A DNA stretch of 63,901 nt, counting the filler, from Chiloscyllium plagiosum (lineage: Eukaryota): NCBI RefSeq assembly GCF_004010195.1. It is 5 parts of 2 records of this genome, joined end to end, with 100 filler letters (N's around TTAATTAATTAA, not from the genome) between each part and the next. Parts side by side here need not be neighbours in the genome. Positions count along the whole stretch, not along the records: positions 1 to 15,051 come from NC_057713.1; 4 more parts are not named here. One strand, 5' to 3'. A program made the position numbers and the translations under genes. The notes below the pieces were generated by a model, which saw only the letters and a list, made by a program, of their open reading frames with translations, ran no database searches and was not told the DNA's origin. This document shows positions 1 to 13,091 of this stretch, one piece after another. The first letter of the stretch is position 1, and every line of letters starts with the position of its first letter.

Positions 1-160
1 AAGGTTTCCCATTTTCAGGTCATCCCTTTACCTGTGAACATCCGCCCCCAAATAACTTAGGAAAGGTTTTGCCCAATACCATCAAAATTGGCCTTGCTCC
101 AATTTAGAACTTTAACTTTTAGATCTGGCGTATCCTTTTCCATCACTATTTTAAACCTAT
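1..160 (-). mobile_element. CR1-type LINE fragment (ORF2), left part of a copy split by a Penelope insertion
   Basis: Reverse complement resembles the CR1 ORF2 copy at 13200-13350; continues at 1980. Confidence 0.7.
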
Positions 161-254
161 GACTTGGAGGTGCTGGTGTTGAACTGGGTTGGACAAAGTT
201 AAAAATCACACAACACCAGGTTATAGTCCAACAGTTTTATTTGGAAGCACTAGC

Positions 255-279
255 TTTCAGAGTGCCACTCCTTCATCAA
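255..279 (-). ncRNA. Minimal hammerhead ribozyme core (degenerate) in Penelope pLTR
   Basis: Minus strand TTGATGA-AGGAGTGGCACTCT-GAAAGCTA; CUGAUGA box has one substitution. Confidence 0.6.
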
Positions 280-613
280 GTAGTTGTGGACATTAAGATC
301 ATACTCACAGAATTCATTGCCAAAGGAGTCCTGTGTCATGGAGGTGTGATACAGTAAATAATCTTAGATTAAAACTTTCATCTTTTATAATGGAATATGC
401 TGGTTTCTGTTCTTTGATATGTAAATTCCAGAATTTCTTTTAAATTACATTCTCAAGATAGCTCAGCTTTTTAAACAATAGGTGTGAAGTCTATCTGTGT
501 CCCAATGCTGTCAGACTGACAAACCTTCTGTATAGTTTTACAGAGTTTTACATGGATTCATGCAGCAAAATAAAGTGTAATTCTGCAAAAACAATTTCAC
601 CCTATAAGTTTAT

Positions 614-830
614 ATGTGTGCACATGTAGGGGTGACAGATTGAGTGTACATGTGAATGTGTGCATGTGGATGTGAGTGCATGTGATAGAGTCTGTGTATA
701 TGTGTGTGTAAGCTTGATTAATTGTGTGTGAGTGTAATTGGGTATTTGTGAGACAGTGCATGTGTTGGTGTGAGTGCGGGGGTGTATGTGTGTGCATATG
801 AGAGAGAGAGAGAGTGTGCGTGTGTGTGTA
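614..830. repeat. Degenerate (TG)n/(GA)n microsatellite inside the Penelope 3' region
   Basis: Visible tgtgtg/gagaga runs; source of His/Thr-rich spurious ORFs. Confidence 0.85.
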
Positions 831-1979
831 TCGTAAAGTGGGGTCACGTGGTGTGACATGAACCCAAGTTCCCGGTTGAGGCCATCCTCATGGAAACTGA
901 AATTTGCAATCAGCTTCTGCTCAGTCGCTCTGCGTTGTTGCTTGTCCTAAAGTCCACCTTGGAGGATGGTCACCCGAAGGTCCAAGGCCGAATGTCCTAG
1001 CCGGCTGAAGCGTTCCCCGACTGGGAGAGAACACTCCTGCCTGGTGATTGTTTTACCGTGTCCGTTCATCCATTGTTGTAGTATCTGCACGGTCTCACCA
1101 ATGTACCAAGCCTTGGAGCAGCGTTGCCTGCAGCGTATGAGATAGACCATGTTAGCTGGTCACATGAGTACTCGCCGCGTATATGGTGGGAGGTGTCCCC
1201 ACGTGTAATGGTATTACTGGTGTCGATACTCTGACACGTCTTGCAGCAGCTGCTGTGGCAGGGTTGTACGGTGTTGTTGTCTTGAAGGCTGGGTAGTTTG
1301 CTACGAATCACAATCTTTTTAAGGCTTGATCATTGTTTAAAGGCGAGAAGAGGGGATGCGGGGAAGGTCTTGGCGAGGTGCTTATCCTCATCGATAATGT
1401 GTTGCAAGCTGCGAAGAACATGGCATGGTCATTTGGTTCCTGGGAAGTACTGGACAATGAAGGGTACTGTGTTTTTTGTAGCCTGTGTCTGTGTTCTGAG
1501 AAGGTCATTACGGTTTCTCACTGTGGCACGTTGGTAGTCGATGAGTTGAACGTCGTACCCTGGTCTTATGAGGGCATCCTTGAGCACTTTCAAGTGTCCA
1601 TTACATTCCTCCTCATCTGAACAGATCCTGTGTATGCGGAGGGCTTGTCCATAGGGGATGGCAGTTTTAATGTGTTTCAGTGGAAGCTAGAGAAGTGCAG
1701 CATCATGAGGTTATCTGTGGGTTTGCCGCAGAGTGAGGTACTGAGGTGCCCATCCTTGTTGGTTGGAGGTCCTGTGCAGCAAAGAAGTTTTACTTGAGTT
1801 TGTGCATCAAGATGTTGGCATATTGGGGTGAAAAATTAATCCCAATTAATCCCACGGCTGTTCCGTGTGTCTGGGTAAAGAGCTAGTTGTCAAAGGTGAA
1901 AACATTTTCGTCGAGGATGAAGCAGATGAGTTATAGCACGGTGCTCGGAGATTGGCAGTTACTGATATTGAGCACTGAA

Positions 1980-2640
1980 TAAAACTATTGGAATTATGGT
2001 CACTGGCCCCAAAGTGCTCCCCCACAGACACATTACCCGCCCTGTCTTATTTCCTAACAGTAGGTCAAAGTTTGCACCTTGTCTAGTAGGTACATCCACA
2101 TACTGAATCAAAACATTTTGTTGTACACACTTAACAAATTCCTCTTCATCCAAGCCCTTAACCCTATGGCAGTCCCAGTCTGTTTGGAAAGATAAAATCC
2201 CCTACCATAACCACCCTATTATTCTTACAGATAACTGAGATTTCCTTACAAATTAGTTTCGTAATTTCTCGCTGACTGTTTGGGAGTCGACAGTACAATC
2301 CCAGTAAGGTTATCATCCCTTTCTTATTTCACAGTTCCACCCAAATAACTTCCCTGGATATATTCTCGGAAATATCATGCCTGAATATAGCTGTAATGTT
2401 ATCCCTAATCAAAAACGCCACTCCCCTCCTCTCCTGCCCCACTTTCGATCCTTCCTATGGCATCTATACCTTGGAACATTAAGCTGCCAGTCCTGTCCAT
2501 CCCAAGACACGTCTCAGTAATTGCTATGATATCCCAATCCCATGTTCCAAACCATGCTCCTGAGTTCATCTGCCTTACCTTTTAGGCCTCTTGCATTGAA
2601 ATACATGCAAGTTTAATTTATTCCTCCTACGTCGTTCCCC
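1980..2640 (-). mobile_element. CR1-type LINE ORF2 endonuclease (APE) fragment
   Basis: Minus ORFs QYVDVPTRQGANFDLLLGN and EHFGASDHN, the C-terminal APE motifs. Confidence 0.8.
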
Positions 2641-5600
2641 AGTTATACACTTGATACTTGTTTCTGTACTTGCTGGCAGGCAGCATTATATTCGATAAGA
2701 TTAGACACAACATATTTCCTCACCTAAAATCAACAATCCATTCATTTCTAAAATGTGGTAAAATTATTTTGGTACTTTAATTCCAATAAGAGAAAGTAGC
2801 AATTCATCTAGCAATCAGAATGATGTTGGAATGATATTGCACTGGTTACATTCATTGAGAAAATTATATTTCTCTGTCATGCATGCTAGTATTCTTTAAA
2901 ATTACAGGCAGAATTGAATTATATTCTGTTGCCAGCTATTATATTCTGCTTGTATCCTGACAAACACACACAAAATGTAATATTCCAAATCGCACATTTC
3001 CAACCCTCTTGTTGTACATGACTGTTTAAAAACTCCAAAAATGCCCAAAAACTGACTGTGATCAGTGATTAACTGCATTCTAATCAGTTTCCATAATATA
3101 CTTAAGGAATTTCTGATTCTCTCAAAAGTGGATACGTAATAAGTAAACTTTACCGGCTTATTCCCAGCAATGATTATAATGTAAGAAACAGGATTGTGTG
3201 GTAATATTTGCTTGCAATAGCACTGCTAAAAATAGCTTTCAGTTGAATTTTAAGGAAATTACCATATCAGGAATCAAGAGGTGAGCCCATTCCCATTACA
3301 CATGACACATTAGAGTACTTTTGTCTGTCCCATGTTGTTTAATGCTAAAATCTCTCTCTAAGTACAGAAAATCAACAAGTTTTAATTATTCTTTGGAAAA
3401 TCTAGGATAAGTTTTATTCCTCTAGTGAGTGAAGATGTTCCTTACTCCAAAGCAATATCAAACACAGTTTTGAGTAATGAAATAATGTTTTGAAATAATA
3501 TTTTAGCTGAAGTGCACATGGTCACTCATTAATACTTTGGTTTCTTAGAGAAATTAACCCCAGCGCTCGGAAGCTTGACATTTTGTCAGCACTCTTTTCA
3601 TCGTACTAAAATTCTATCATTTCTGGAAATAATCCATTTTCAATTACTGTAGAATTGGAGTGTTCTTGTCCCATTTGTTTAATCCTCTAATATCATTCAA
3701 TTTAAATCAGAATGAAGCTGATCGATGTACATTCTAGTCAGAGAAATAAGGTGTGACAATGTTATGAACAGTTGGTATTATATAAATTAGAAATTTGGTT
3801 AAGATTGAAAGTATTAAAATTGGAAAGGCATAACTAATCAGTGAAGAAAATAAGTATTTGATTACAGATATATTCCCTAAATGGCAACTGAAAATGTGAA
3901 AATTCTTTTTGATCTACCATTTAATAAGGTCTATTGAAGAATGAAATGGCTCATTCCTAACGACTTTTTCGCAGTGAAGTTAATCCATTTATTGTTTTTC
4001 TTGATAGCCTTGCAAACAAAAGATATTCAGTTTCTGTAACTCAAGTCAGATGATCCCTAGACCAGGAGGCAGGCGTAACAGAGGCCTTTTAGAGGGGAGA
4101 AGTAGAGGATTGAAATTTAATTGTTTTTATAATTTCACCACGTTGAAAACCTTGAAAACAGCTTTATCATGCCAACAACTTTTACATGCAATTTAAACCA
4201 AGGGACCCAAAATTCTTTTAAAAACATGAAATACAAGACAAGATTTAATCAGTTTTAGCAGCAATTCACGGCAGTTAATTACCAGTTGCTTTTACAATCA
4301 AGTTTTGCAAGACTTGTACTGTGCAGAATATTCCATATTTGTATTGGTAAAGATCTTATATTGGAAACAAGTATCCAGTTCCCACTATGTTACTGTTCCA
4401 TTTATTTTGAAATAATAAAAACATTATATCTTTATGTCTTACCTACTTTGGTAAGGGTTAAGTCTGTATAAGAGCTCAAAATTAAGTTAAAATGCTGTTT
4501 AGCTTTCCTGCAGTTGGATTTATTCAAAAACAGACATGTAGGGCAACAGCATACTCTTGTCTATTATGTAATGCTGTTGTAAGTCAGCATTCTCTAACAA
4601 TTACTTTGTAGCGTGTCTGTAGACACTCAGCCTTTAGGGAATTTGAACGTGCACATCTGCCTTTGTGCCCATCAGGTGTCTTGGCCCTAGCACTTCTTCC
4701 AAGAGCTTCTCCAAATGAGCACAGTGGGATCTCTGTCAGCTGCAAGATTTATGTTGGTTCCCTCTTTTCTGAGAACATTTCTTTCAGCTCCTGACATCTG
4801 GATTCAATTGAAAAGACATTTAGTGGTTTGGAAAAGTATCTCACATAGAAGAACAGTGCAGACAGGTCTATTAGCAGACCAGGTGCCATTTGGTTAAATA
4901 ATTCATAAAGAATTACCAACTCCACTTGTAAGAGTTACTATTTAGACGACATCTACTGTATTTCTTTGATTTTTTTTCCCTAAAGTCTCTCTTCTAAAGA
5001 ATTTCCAGATTTACTCCTTTAATCAACCCAGTTGCTGGAAAGAAAATTCTGTTCGATTGTCAAACTTGCTACAGCTGGCAGCAAAATGTGTCATTTTTGT
5101 GCCAAAATCATTGTAGAGAAAGGAAACTGCACTTTAAATGTGATGGACGGAGAGTAATTCAAAAAACAAATGAAATGGATGTCCAGAGCTGCAGTCTATC
5201 GAAACTCTGATCAGAGCATTCCATAGTTTGCTCCAGCAATAAGACTTGTACTGGTGAAAAATCTAAGGGAATCCATGGTTTACAGCTTCAAAAGGATGCA
5301 AAATCTTAGATCTTGTAGCTAACTAGCTATTTATCTTGACAAAAAGCATAATGGGAGAGATCAATATTTAGCTGCTTTGAGCAAGGTTTAGTAAGTGGAG
5401 ATTTTTTTTATCCTTCCAGAATTGTGGATGTTTTGAGCAAATTCCAAGAAAAGATGTTTGATTTTATAAAAGGATAATGGGGAAAAAAAGCCAGATTAAT
5501 ATGTATTTATTAAAAATGGAGTATAAAGGTTGTATCATATTCAACAATACTGCTTGATTTTCTACTTATTTGGGGAAGAAACATATTTTTGTCAGAGACG

Positions 5601-5979
5601 GAAGGTGGTTTAACAATGAACCCCATCATAATATATATCTATACCTGTTCAGAATGGACTTGATGGATTATATAAAATTTTTTCAACCGGTATTTTGTGT
5701 TTCTATTTGTGGATGTTTCACATTGCTGAGATTCAAAATTGCAGTTTCTCTATTGTAGAATTATCTTTTGCACAAAGATTGCATTCTAATTTTGGTCTCA
5801 GTGGGCACCACTCTGCCCTCCCTCAATGCTGTCAGTGTCCTTGAGCGTGTATTGCTGTCCCATCCAGCAACATTTATTTTCAGGAATTATGTATATTGGC
5901 TGGCCCTCTCACTGATGGAAGTTGATTCCCTCAAGTGGTACTTAACTGGCCACTTAAAGACCTCATTTGCTGGTGGAGT

Positions 5980-6095
5980 ACGGCTCTTGTGGTGCAGTGA
6001 TAGCATCTGCACCTCTGGACCAGATGGTCTGGGCTCAAGTCCAACCAGCCCTGGAGGTGTTTCCTAACACGTCCAAACAGGTTGATTAAAATAAC
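5980..6095 (+). mobile_element. Short tRNA-related SINE
   Basis: Box A-like TGGTGCAGTGATAG and box B-like GGCTCAAGTCC; related copies at 20935-21040 (+) and 43775-43890 (-). Confidence 0.5.
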
Positions 6096-6249
6096 TTGGT
6101 TGTAGGATAGAAGGTTGACCATGAAACTTGTTGCCTCAAACTTAAATCCAGTGGAGGTGGGAAGGCATTGGGGATCAGGTGTGTCACTACTGCACCTAAT
6201 TATTTGGTCTTCAACCCTCCTACCTCATCATCTCTGGGAGCGGAAGACT

Positions 6250-7210
6250 CAGCATTAATAATGGGAAACCAGGAAATAGCAGAGTTTGAACAAGTTTTTT
6301 ATATATGTTTTCATGGTATAAGATACAAAGAACAACCCCAACCACAGCAGAAAATGTAGGACAAAGAAATAGAGGAACATAAAACAATCATTCATGACAG
6401 AAAGGGCTAAACTAAAGGGAGTAAGAGCTGACCAAATCCCTAACCTGATGGTCTACATCACATGAAAAGAATTTGCTATAAAGACAGTAAATGCATTGGG
6501 TGCAATCCTAATTCCTTGACTTTGCAAAAGGACAGAGACAGAGAGCAGTAAACTACAGGTCATTCTGCTATAACGCAACAGTTATATTCCTCTGCAACTT
6601 CACTCTGTAGAAATTCGTGCTGTGGGAAAGCACTATTAAAAAATCGCGCTGTAGAAGATGTCTGTGGAAAATCACTATACCCATTCAGTAGAAAGTTCTT
6701 GACATCCAAACAGCATTCCCAATTCATCAAGCGCATTATAGCCAATTCACGTTGATGAAATGCGTGTTATTCCAGAACAATCTGTACAGGCCAGTTAACT
6801 TTAACATTTGTCAATGTGAGTTATAGTGTATTATTACAAAGGTTGTAGCAGAACATTAGAAAGTAATCAGACACAGTCAACTGGTTTTCTAAAAGAAAAG
6901 TAATGTTTTACTAATTTATTTGTGTTTTTTGTGGATGTATCAAGCAGTGTGGATAAACAGGATTTTCGGAGATGTGGCATATATGGATTTTTAAAAGGCA
7001 TGCATTAAGATAACACATAGAAGGATTATTACACAAGATAAGAGTTTATGGTGTTAGCAATACGTGTTAGCCACGATAAAGGGTCAGCTAATCAACAGAA
7101 AACAGACAGCCAAGATAAATAGGTTGTTTTGGGGTTGGCAAATGGTAATTAGTGGAATGCCACAATTTATGTCAATGACTTGAATGAAGGGATCGATTTT
7201 ATTATAGCCA
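6250..7210 (+). mobile_element. Old CR1-type LINE ORF2 fragment, interrupted by a MITE
   Basis: Decayed MGNQEIAE, NYRPV and DVAYMDF-like motifs. Confidence 0.6.
6556..6784. mobile_element. Non-autonomous Tc1/mariner-pogo (Tigger-like) MITE
   Basis: TA on both sides (6554-6555, 6785-6786); imperfect TIRs CAGGTCATTCTGCTATAACGC vs CAGATTGTTCTGGAATAACAC; removal restores the host LINE NYRPV codons. Confidence 0.65.
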
Positions 7211-9889
7211 CGCAATTGCAATTAAAATTGAAATCTCTGGCTGCAAGTATGGATGATGTATGATCACAAGACAGGAGAACCTTTTCAGTGGTGAAACTCA
7301 TTGACGGTTGACAATGCAACAAGTATGGGTGGGCTGTAAAAGCGCCAACTGGATAAACAGGGAGGCTTTCTACTGTTGACACAATTGGATAATTATTAAT
7401 ATAAGATTCATTAAGAGCATAAATATGGCATAAGTGTTTTCAAATTTAAATTTCACTTGTACGTATTATAATTAAGTTTCATTTCATTCATGGTATTTTA
7501 TTATTATTTGTTGAAACTAGCTTAGCCAGAGAGTTAAATATCCTGACACACCTAATGGTTGACACGCATTGATGGTTACTGGGAGTTAGAAATATTTCTT
7601 TATTGAGGAAGAAACAATGTTGTCTTCTTTTATTTATTCTTTTATTAAATGTTCATGTTAGTATCCGGTGTTGTTCTCACCACTCTTGTGGGACAAGGCT
7701 GAACTTGCTGGCTCTCCCTTCTATCCATTGTAAAGGACGTTGTCGGAGTTTGAAATGTTGCATGTAAACTCTCAGTCTGTAAAGACTTTGCCAGCCCATA
7801 CCTTGAGATGGATCCCCATGTAGGAAGTACAGATACTGCCCTTGGGCGCCTCATTTTCTTATCTTGATTCACTGTTCCCAATGCACAGGGCATCAGGCTG
7901 CTTCCCTGCTCCATGCCCCCTACACCACTCCATTCACTTGCCTCCCCTTTTATGCGAATAAATATTGAAATGTGTTACATATGGGATCGTGCCTTATGCT
8001 AGCACAAGGTCAGACACACCACAAACAGGCCACTGACTTAATCTTTGCATTTCACCCTGCTGCATAAAATTTAAATTTCAGTTCCCCTAATTCACACATC
8101 ATGTTTCCCGCTCTTGATGGCTGCATAAAATCTTGCACTGATGTTTCCCTTTATATTGGCAGTCTAAAACTAGGAAGCACAATTTCAGAATAAAATGCAT
8201 TGAAGATGGAAATTAGGAGGAATTTCTTCTCATAGAGGATTGTTAGTCTTTGGAATTCTTTTCCACAGAAATCAGATAAGGCTGGATCATGAAATAGATT
8301 TGAGACTTGATTTACAGGAGTGTGACGTGTTTTGGAAGGCAGGCAGGATGGTGGAAGTGAGGCCACAACAGGATCAGCCATTGGAATAACGGAGACGCCT
8401 CAAGGGTCCAAATGGACTACGCCACCTCATATGTTTTATGATATTATCATCTGTTTCAGTATTAAAATGGGTAATATATTTAAATTCTGAGCATTAGAAC
8501 CTGAATCTACACTAACATCATGATGGTCATCATATTGGCTCTCACCTTTTAGATGCACCCAGCTGTGCCTCAAATCTTGTTGGAGTGATTCAAGTATGCA
8601 AAGAATGTTCCTGCACTTGTTTCAGGATTCACCTGTAAAACTAGGTGCAGCATTGTGCCATGTAAATTCCAACATGTTTTTCCAGTTCTGCAAGAAAGCA
8701 CAGGAAGAAATGGTTGGGCAAGTGTTTCATTATTTCTTCTTCTGTCTGAAGGTGGAGGGGCAGTACTACTGTGGACCAGAGTCATGTATACCCTGCTCTC
8801 TCACAACCTCAAATGTTGGAATATGCACCAGAAAAAGAGGGAATACTACACTGCTTGCAGTGCGAATCCTTTTCTTCACATGCCAGATTCTCCATTCTTC
8901 CATCACTAGCAATAGTGAACTCCTCAGGTTTCAAACATCCTTTTATTGGCTAGCCTTTGTCAATGTTGCAGCGACTCCTCATGTTTCTGCTGGTGCTGAG
9001 GCCCTGCAGGCAATGCTGGGCCTAAAAACCAAATGTTTGATAATTGGTTAATTCTAATGAAGAGCCATCATCATTTGAAATATTAACTCTGTTTTTCTCC
9101 TCCACAGTTTGTGCCTGACCTGTGGGTAACATATTTATTCAGATTTCCTGCATCTATATTTAACATTGATTTTCTACTGTCTGATGCATCCCGACAGCTA
9201 ACTCCTATTCATGTAATTCCTAACATAAACTATGACCAACTGGGTTTGGAGAAGTTTTAAGTCTGAAATTATTGGGGTCACTGGGATCACTTTTGTTGGG
9301 CAATATAAAGAGTATCTTCTTCATTAACTAAATTTAATCAATTACTCAATGTGTTCAGAGTTCTACCTGAAGGCACAATACCAGTATAATGTTGTGGCAT
9401 TTACTATTTTAAAACATAAAAGCCACTTCAGAAACAACTTGCAACAGCATCTATTTTATGCTGCATAATTCTTTTCCTTACACTTTTTTCTTGTCAGATC
9501 ACAAGGCATTTAATTTGAAAATCTAACTTGCAGAACTAACAATTTTGCTCCACTAACGTTAAAACACAAACTTGTGCAATTCAGTCACAAAATATAAATA
9601 TTATGAAATTATTTACCTGGCTTAAAAACTCCAGGAACAGACAAGTATATTCCATGTCTGAGTCTCATCACTGTACTCTGTAACTGAAAGTTGCTTCAGA
9701 CAGTTTGGCTCCAGCCAGTAATAGCTCTTAAAACTACAAGACTTAATTAAAGGTGTATCAGGACACCTGCCTCTGCTAAAGTTTGTGACTCATGCTGAAG
9801 TGCAATTTCAGACAATCTTTGATATCTCATTCAAGTAACTAGCCCTCACTTGTATGTACAGAGAGTGAGGCCTTTTAAATTACAAATAT

Positions 9890-11075
9890 ATAAAATAAGA
9901 GCAGAAGTAAGTAATTCAGTCTCTCAAGCCTGCTCTGACATTCAATCAGATTAAGACATATCTATTGGTGTTTCAAATTTCACATTCCCATCTCATCTCA
10001 ATAACCTTTGATTCCCTTGCCTAACAAGAATCCATCTGCCTCTACCTTAATAAAACTTAATGACTCCAAAAGTACCAATTTCTGAGGCAGAGTTCCAAAG
10101 TCATAAACCTCTCTCCGAGAAAAGAAAAATCTCCTTATCTCTGTCAGAAAAAGGCAACTCCTAAATTTAAAACAGTGACTGATAGTTCTGGACCTAGCCA
10201 AAAGAGGAAGTATTTTTCCACAACCACCTTGGCAGGACCATTCAGGATCGTATACACTTCAATTATACATTTCGCTTTTCTAACTTCCAGTGAAAACAAC
10301 CCCAGCCCTTCCAACTAATCCTCATTAGACACCCCACTCATTCCCACTTGGGTATTAATGTAGGAAACCTCCTCTGAACTGCCTCCAATGCATTTACATC
10401 TTTCTACAAATAAGGAAACTGAAACTGCACATTGTATTAGAGATGTACACTCACCACTACCTGTATAACTGAAGCATAACATCATTTCTTTTAAGTTCAC
10501 TTCACTTCCTCTTATAATAAAGGATAGCTTCCCATTGACTTGATTATGTTCTGTATCTGCATTTTTTTCTGTATCTTTTTGGGATTCATGCATTAGAATT
10601 AAATTCTTCTGCAACTTGGAATACTACAGTCATTCTCCATTTAAATGATATTCTACTTTTTCTTTCTTTTTGTCAAAGTGAACAACTTTAAATAACATGT
10701 GCCAGATTTTTTTGCCCACTCATTCAACATATATCTGTCTATAACCTCTTCATATCATCTTCACACCATACTTTCCTACCTTTCTTGGTGTTACCTGTGA
10801 ATTTAGCTATCATGCTTTCACTCACCTCATCTAAGTCATTGTAAAAAATTATAAAAAATTGAGGACCCTTCAGGACTCCTGCCAATCAGACAAAGATCCA
10901 TTTACACATACTCTCTGTTTTCTGCCAGCAAGCCAATTTTCAACCATGCTAGTATATTCCCTTGCACTAAGGTTTTGTTTTCTGCAATAACCTTTGATGT
11001 AGCACATTATCAAATCCCTTCTGGAAATCCAAGTAAAGTGTATCTACAGGCTTCCCTTTATCCTCAGCGCATATT
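9890..11075 (-). mobile_element. Old CR1-type LINE 3' portion
   Basis: Minus ORF 9998-10201 (HCFKFR..FFSRR..FLLGKGIKGY) matches the CR1 ORF2 C-terminus. Confidence 0.65.
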
Positions 11076-11079
11076 ATTC

Positions 11080-13090
11080 CTTCAAAATACTGGTAGAGTT
11101 CTAAAGGACATTGCTATTAGACTGGGTCTGATAGGTGATGAGAGATCCAACAAGAGATAAGCACCTACTCGATCTCAACCTCACCAATCTGCCTGCAGCA
11201 GAAGCAGCTGTCCACCACATTATTGATTGGAGTGCCCACTACACAATCCTTGTGGAGATGAAATCCCATCTTCACAATGAGAATATGTTCCATTGAGTTT
11301 TGCAGAATTACACCAAGGCTAAGTGGGATATATTTAAATAGATCTAGCAATTTAACTGGGCATCTGTGAGGCACTGCAGGCCATCAGCAGAATTGTATTC
11401 GATCACGATTTGCAATGTTATGGCCCAACATTACCCAACAATTCTATTACCATCAAGGCAAGGGATGAAGAGTCGGGGAGGGAATTTCAGGAACATCACC
11501 AGTCATACCTATAACTAAGATGTCAACCTGCTGAAGCTACAACACCAGGTTACTTTTGTGCCAAACAACGTAAAAATCAACTGGTAGAAAAGGCAGAGCA
11601 ATTTGACACATCTACTTATGATTGGTGAGAGATAATTAAACAACTCATCAGAGGAGGATGCTCCACAGTTATCCCCTCCATCAGTGGTGGGGGAACCCAG
11701 CACATCCGTGCCAAAGATAAACCTGAAGCACTTGCAGCAGACTTCAGCCAAAAATGTCAAATGGATGATCCAACTTGGCCTTCTTCGGAAGTCCCCAGCA
11801 TTACAGATTGCAGGTTTCAGCCAATATGAATCACTCCACATGATATCAAGAAACGGTTGAAGGCACTGGATGTTGCAATGGCAATATTCCCGCAATAGTA
11901 CTGAAGACTTGTGCTCTAAAATTTGCTGTGTACAATTAGAACTCTGGCATCTAAGCAGCAGTGTGGAAAATAGCCCAAATATGTCCTGTACACAGAAAGC
12001 AGAATAAATCAAACCCAGCCAATTACCACCTCATCAGTCTACTCTCAATCATCAGTAAAGTGATGAAGGAGTCTTCAACAATGCTATCAAGTAGCACTTG
12101 CTCAGCAATAACCCCTACAAACTGATGTTTGGATTCTACAAGGACCTCTTAGCACCTGACCCCATTACAACCGTGGTTCAAGCATAGACAAAGGGGCCGA
12201 ATTCCAGAGGCGAGATGAGTGTTCTTCACATCAGGACTGTATTTGACTGAGTGCAGTACCAAGGAGCCCTAGCAAAAGTAGGGTCAATAGGTATCAGAGG
12301 AGAAACTTTCCACTTGTCGGAGTCACAGCTGACACAAAGGAAGATGGTTGTGGTTGTTGGAGGTCAATCTCAGCTCCAGTAACTCACTCCTGGACAATTT
12401 CACATTCATGAAGAACTCAGCCCAACCATCTTCGGCTGCTTTATCAATGACCTTTCTTCAACATAAGGTCAGAAGTGGGATGTTCGCTGGTGATTGTAGC
12501 ATTTGTAACTCCGCAACTACTGAAATAGTTCACTGTCAACATTTTGAGATTACCATTTACCAGAACTGAACTGGACTAGCCATATAAAAACTGTGGTGAT
12601 CGGATCAGGTATCTTACCTCCTGACTCTGCAAAGCTTGTCCACCATCAATAAGGCACAAGTCAGGAATATAATAAAATCCACCTATTTGACTGGATGAGT
12701 GCAACTCCATCAACATTCAGGAAGCTTGACACCATTCAGATCAATGCTTAGATCAGAGTGGGGCTGGAAAAGCACAGCAGGTCAGGCAGCATCTGAGGAG
12801 CAGGAAAATTGACGTTTTGGGCAAAAGCCCTTCATCAGGAATAGAGGCAGGAAGCCTCAAAGCAGCCCACTTGATTGGCACCATAACCACAAACATTTAC
12901 TCTCTCCAACACACACATTAGCAGCAGGGTATACCATATACCAGTTGCATATCTGCGGTGTAGCTGGGTCAAAACCATGGAACTCCTTCCCTAATGGCCT
13001 TCTGAATGTTCATACACCAAAAATGCTGCGGCAGTTCAAGAAGGCAGCTCAACATCACCTTCTCAAAAGCATTTGGGGATTGACAATAGA
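11080..13090 (+). mobile_element. Decayed CR1/L2-clade LINE ORF2 and 3' end
   Basis: PANYHLISLLSIISKVM-like region near 12015 and RT FAGD-like remnant near 12480; same family at 25430-25830, 47800-48180 (-) and 48495-49420. Confidence 0.65.
12748..12858 (-). mobile_element. Solo Penelope pLTR fragment with degenerate hammerhead
   Basis: Minus strand CTGATGAAGGGCTTTTGCCCAAAACGTC (core 12814-12838); same family as 49460-49667. Confidence 0.7.
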
Positions 13091-13091
13091 A

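Larger units (their letters stand above)
161..1979 (-). mobile_element. Penelope-like retroelement, 5'-truncated: RT C-terminus, GIY-YIG endonuclease, 3' pLTR with (CA)n tract and hammerhead
   Basis: Minus ORF 947-1150 VYLIRC..YIGET (GIY-YIG); CKTC motif in ORF 1066-1311; RT remnant at 1790-1920; approximate TSD TAAACCTAT (152-160) / TAAAACTAT (1980-1988). Confidence 0.85.
2643..9871 (-). pseudogene. Candidate decayed multi-exon gene with WD40-like motifs
   Basis: Minus-strand segments with AG/GT boundaries: 9871-9617, 9021-8546, 5749-5645, 5034-4917, 4507-4443; also ~4408-4283 (acceptor degenerate) and 2723-2643 (ends at TAA). Manual translations give TSEG*LLE*DIKD, VTEYSDETQTWNI, HKIPVEKILYN, ATGLIKG/IWKF and GTVT*WELDT, with stops and frameshifts. 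Confidence 0.3.

Noticed and set aside
597..859. His/Thr-rich ORFs
   Set aside because: Translations of the (CA)n tract in a Penelope 3' region.
8596..9051. 151-aa plus-strand ORF as a real gene
   Set aside because: No recognisable domain; splice signals point to the opposite strand, and the 3' end runs into a repeat.
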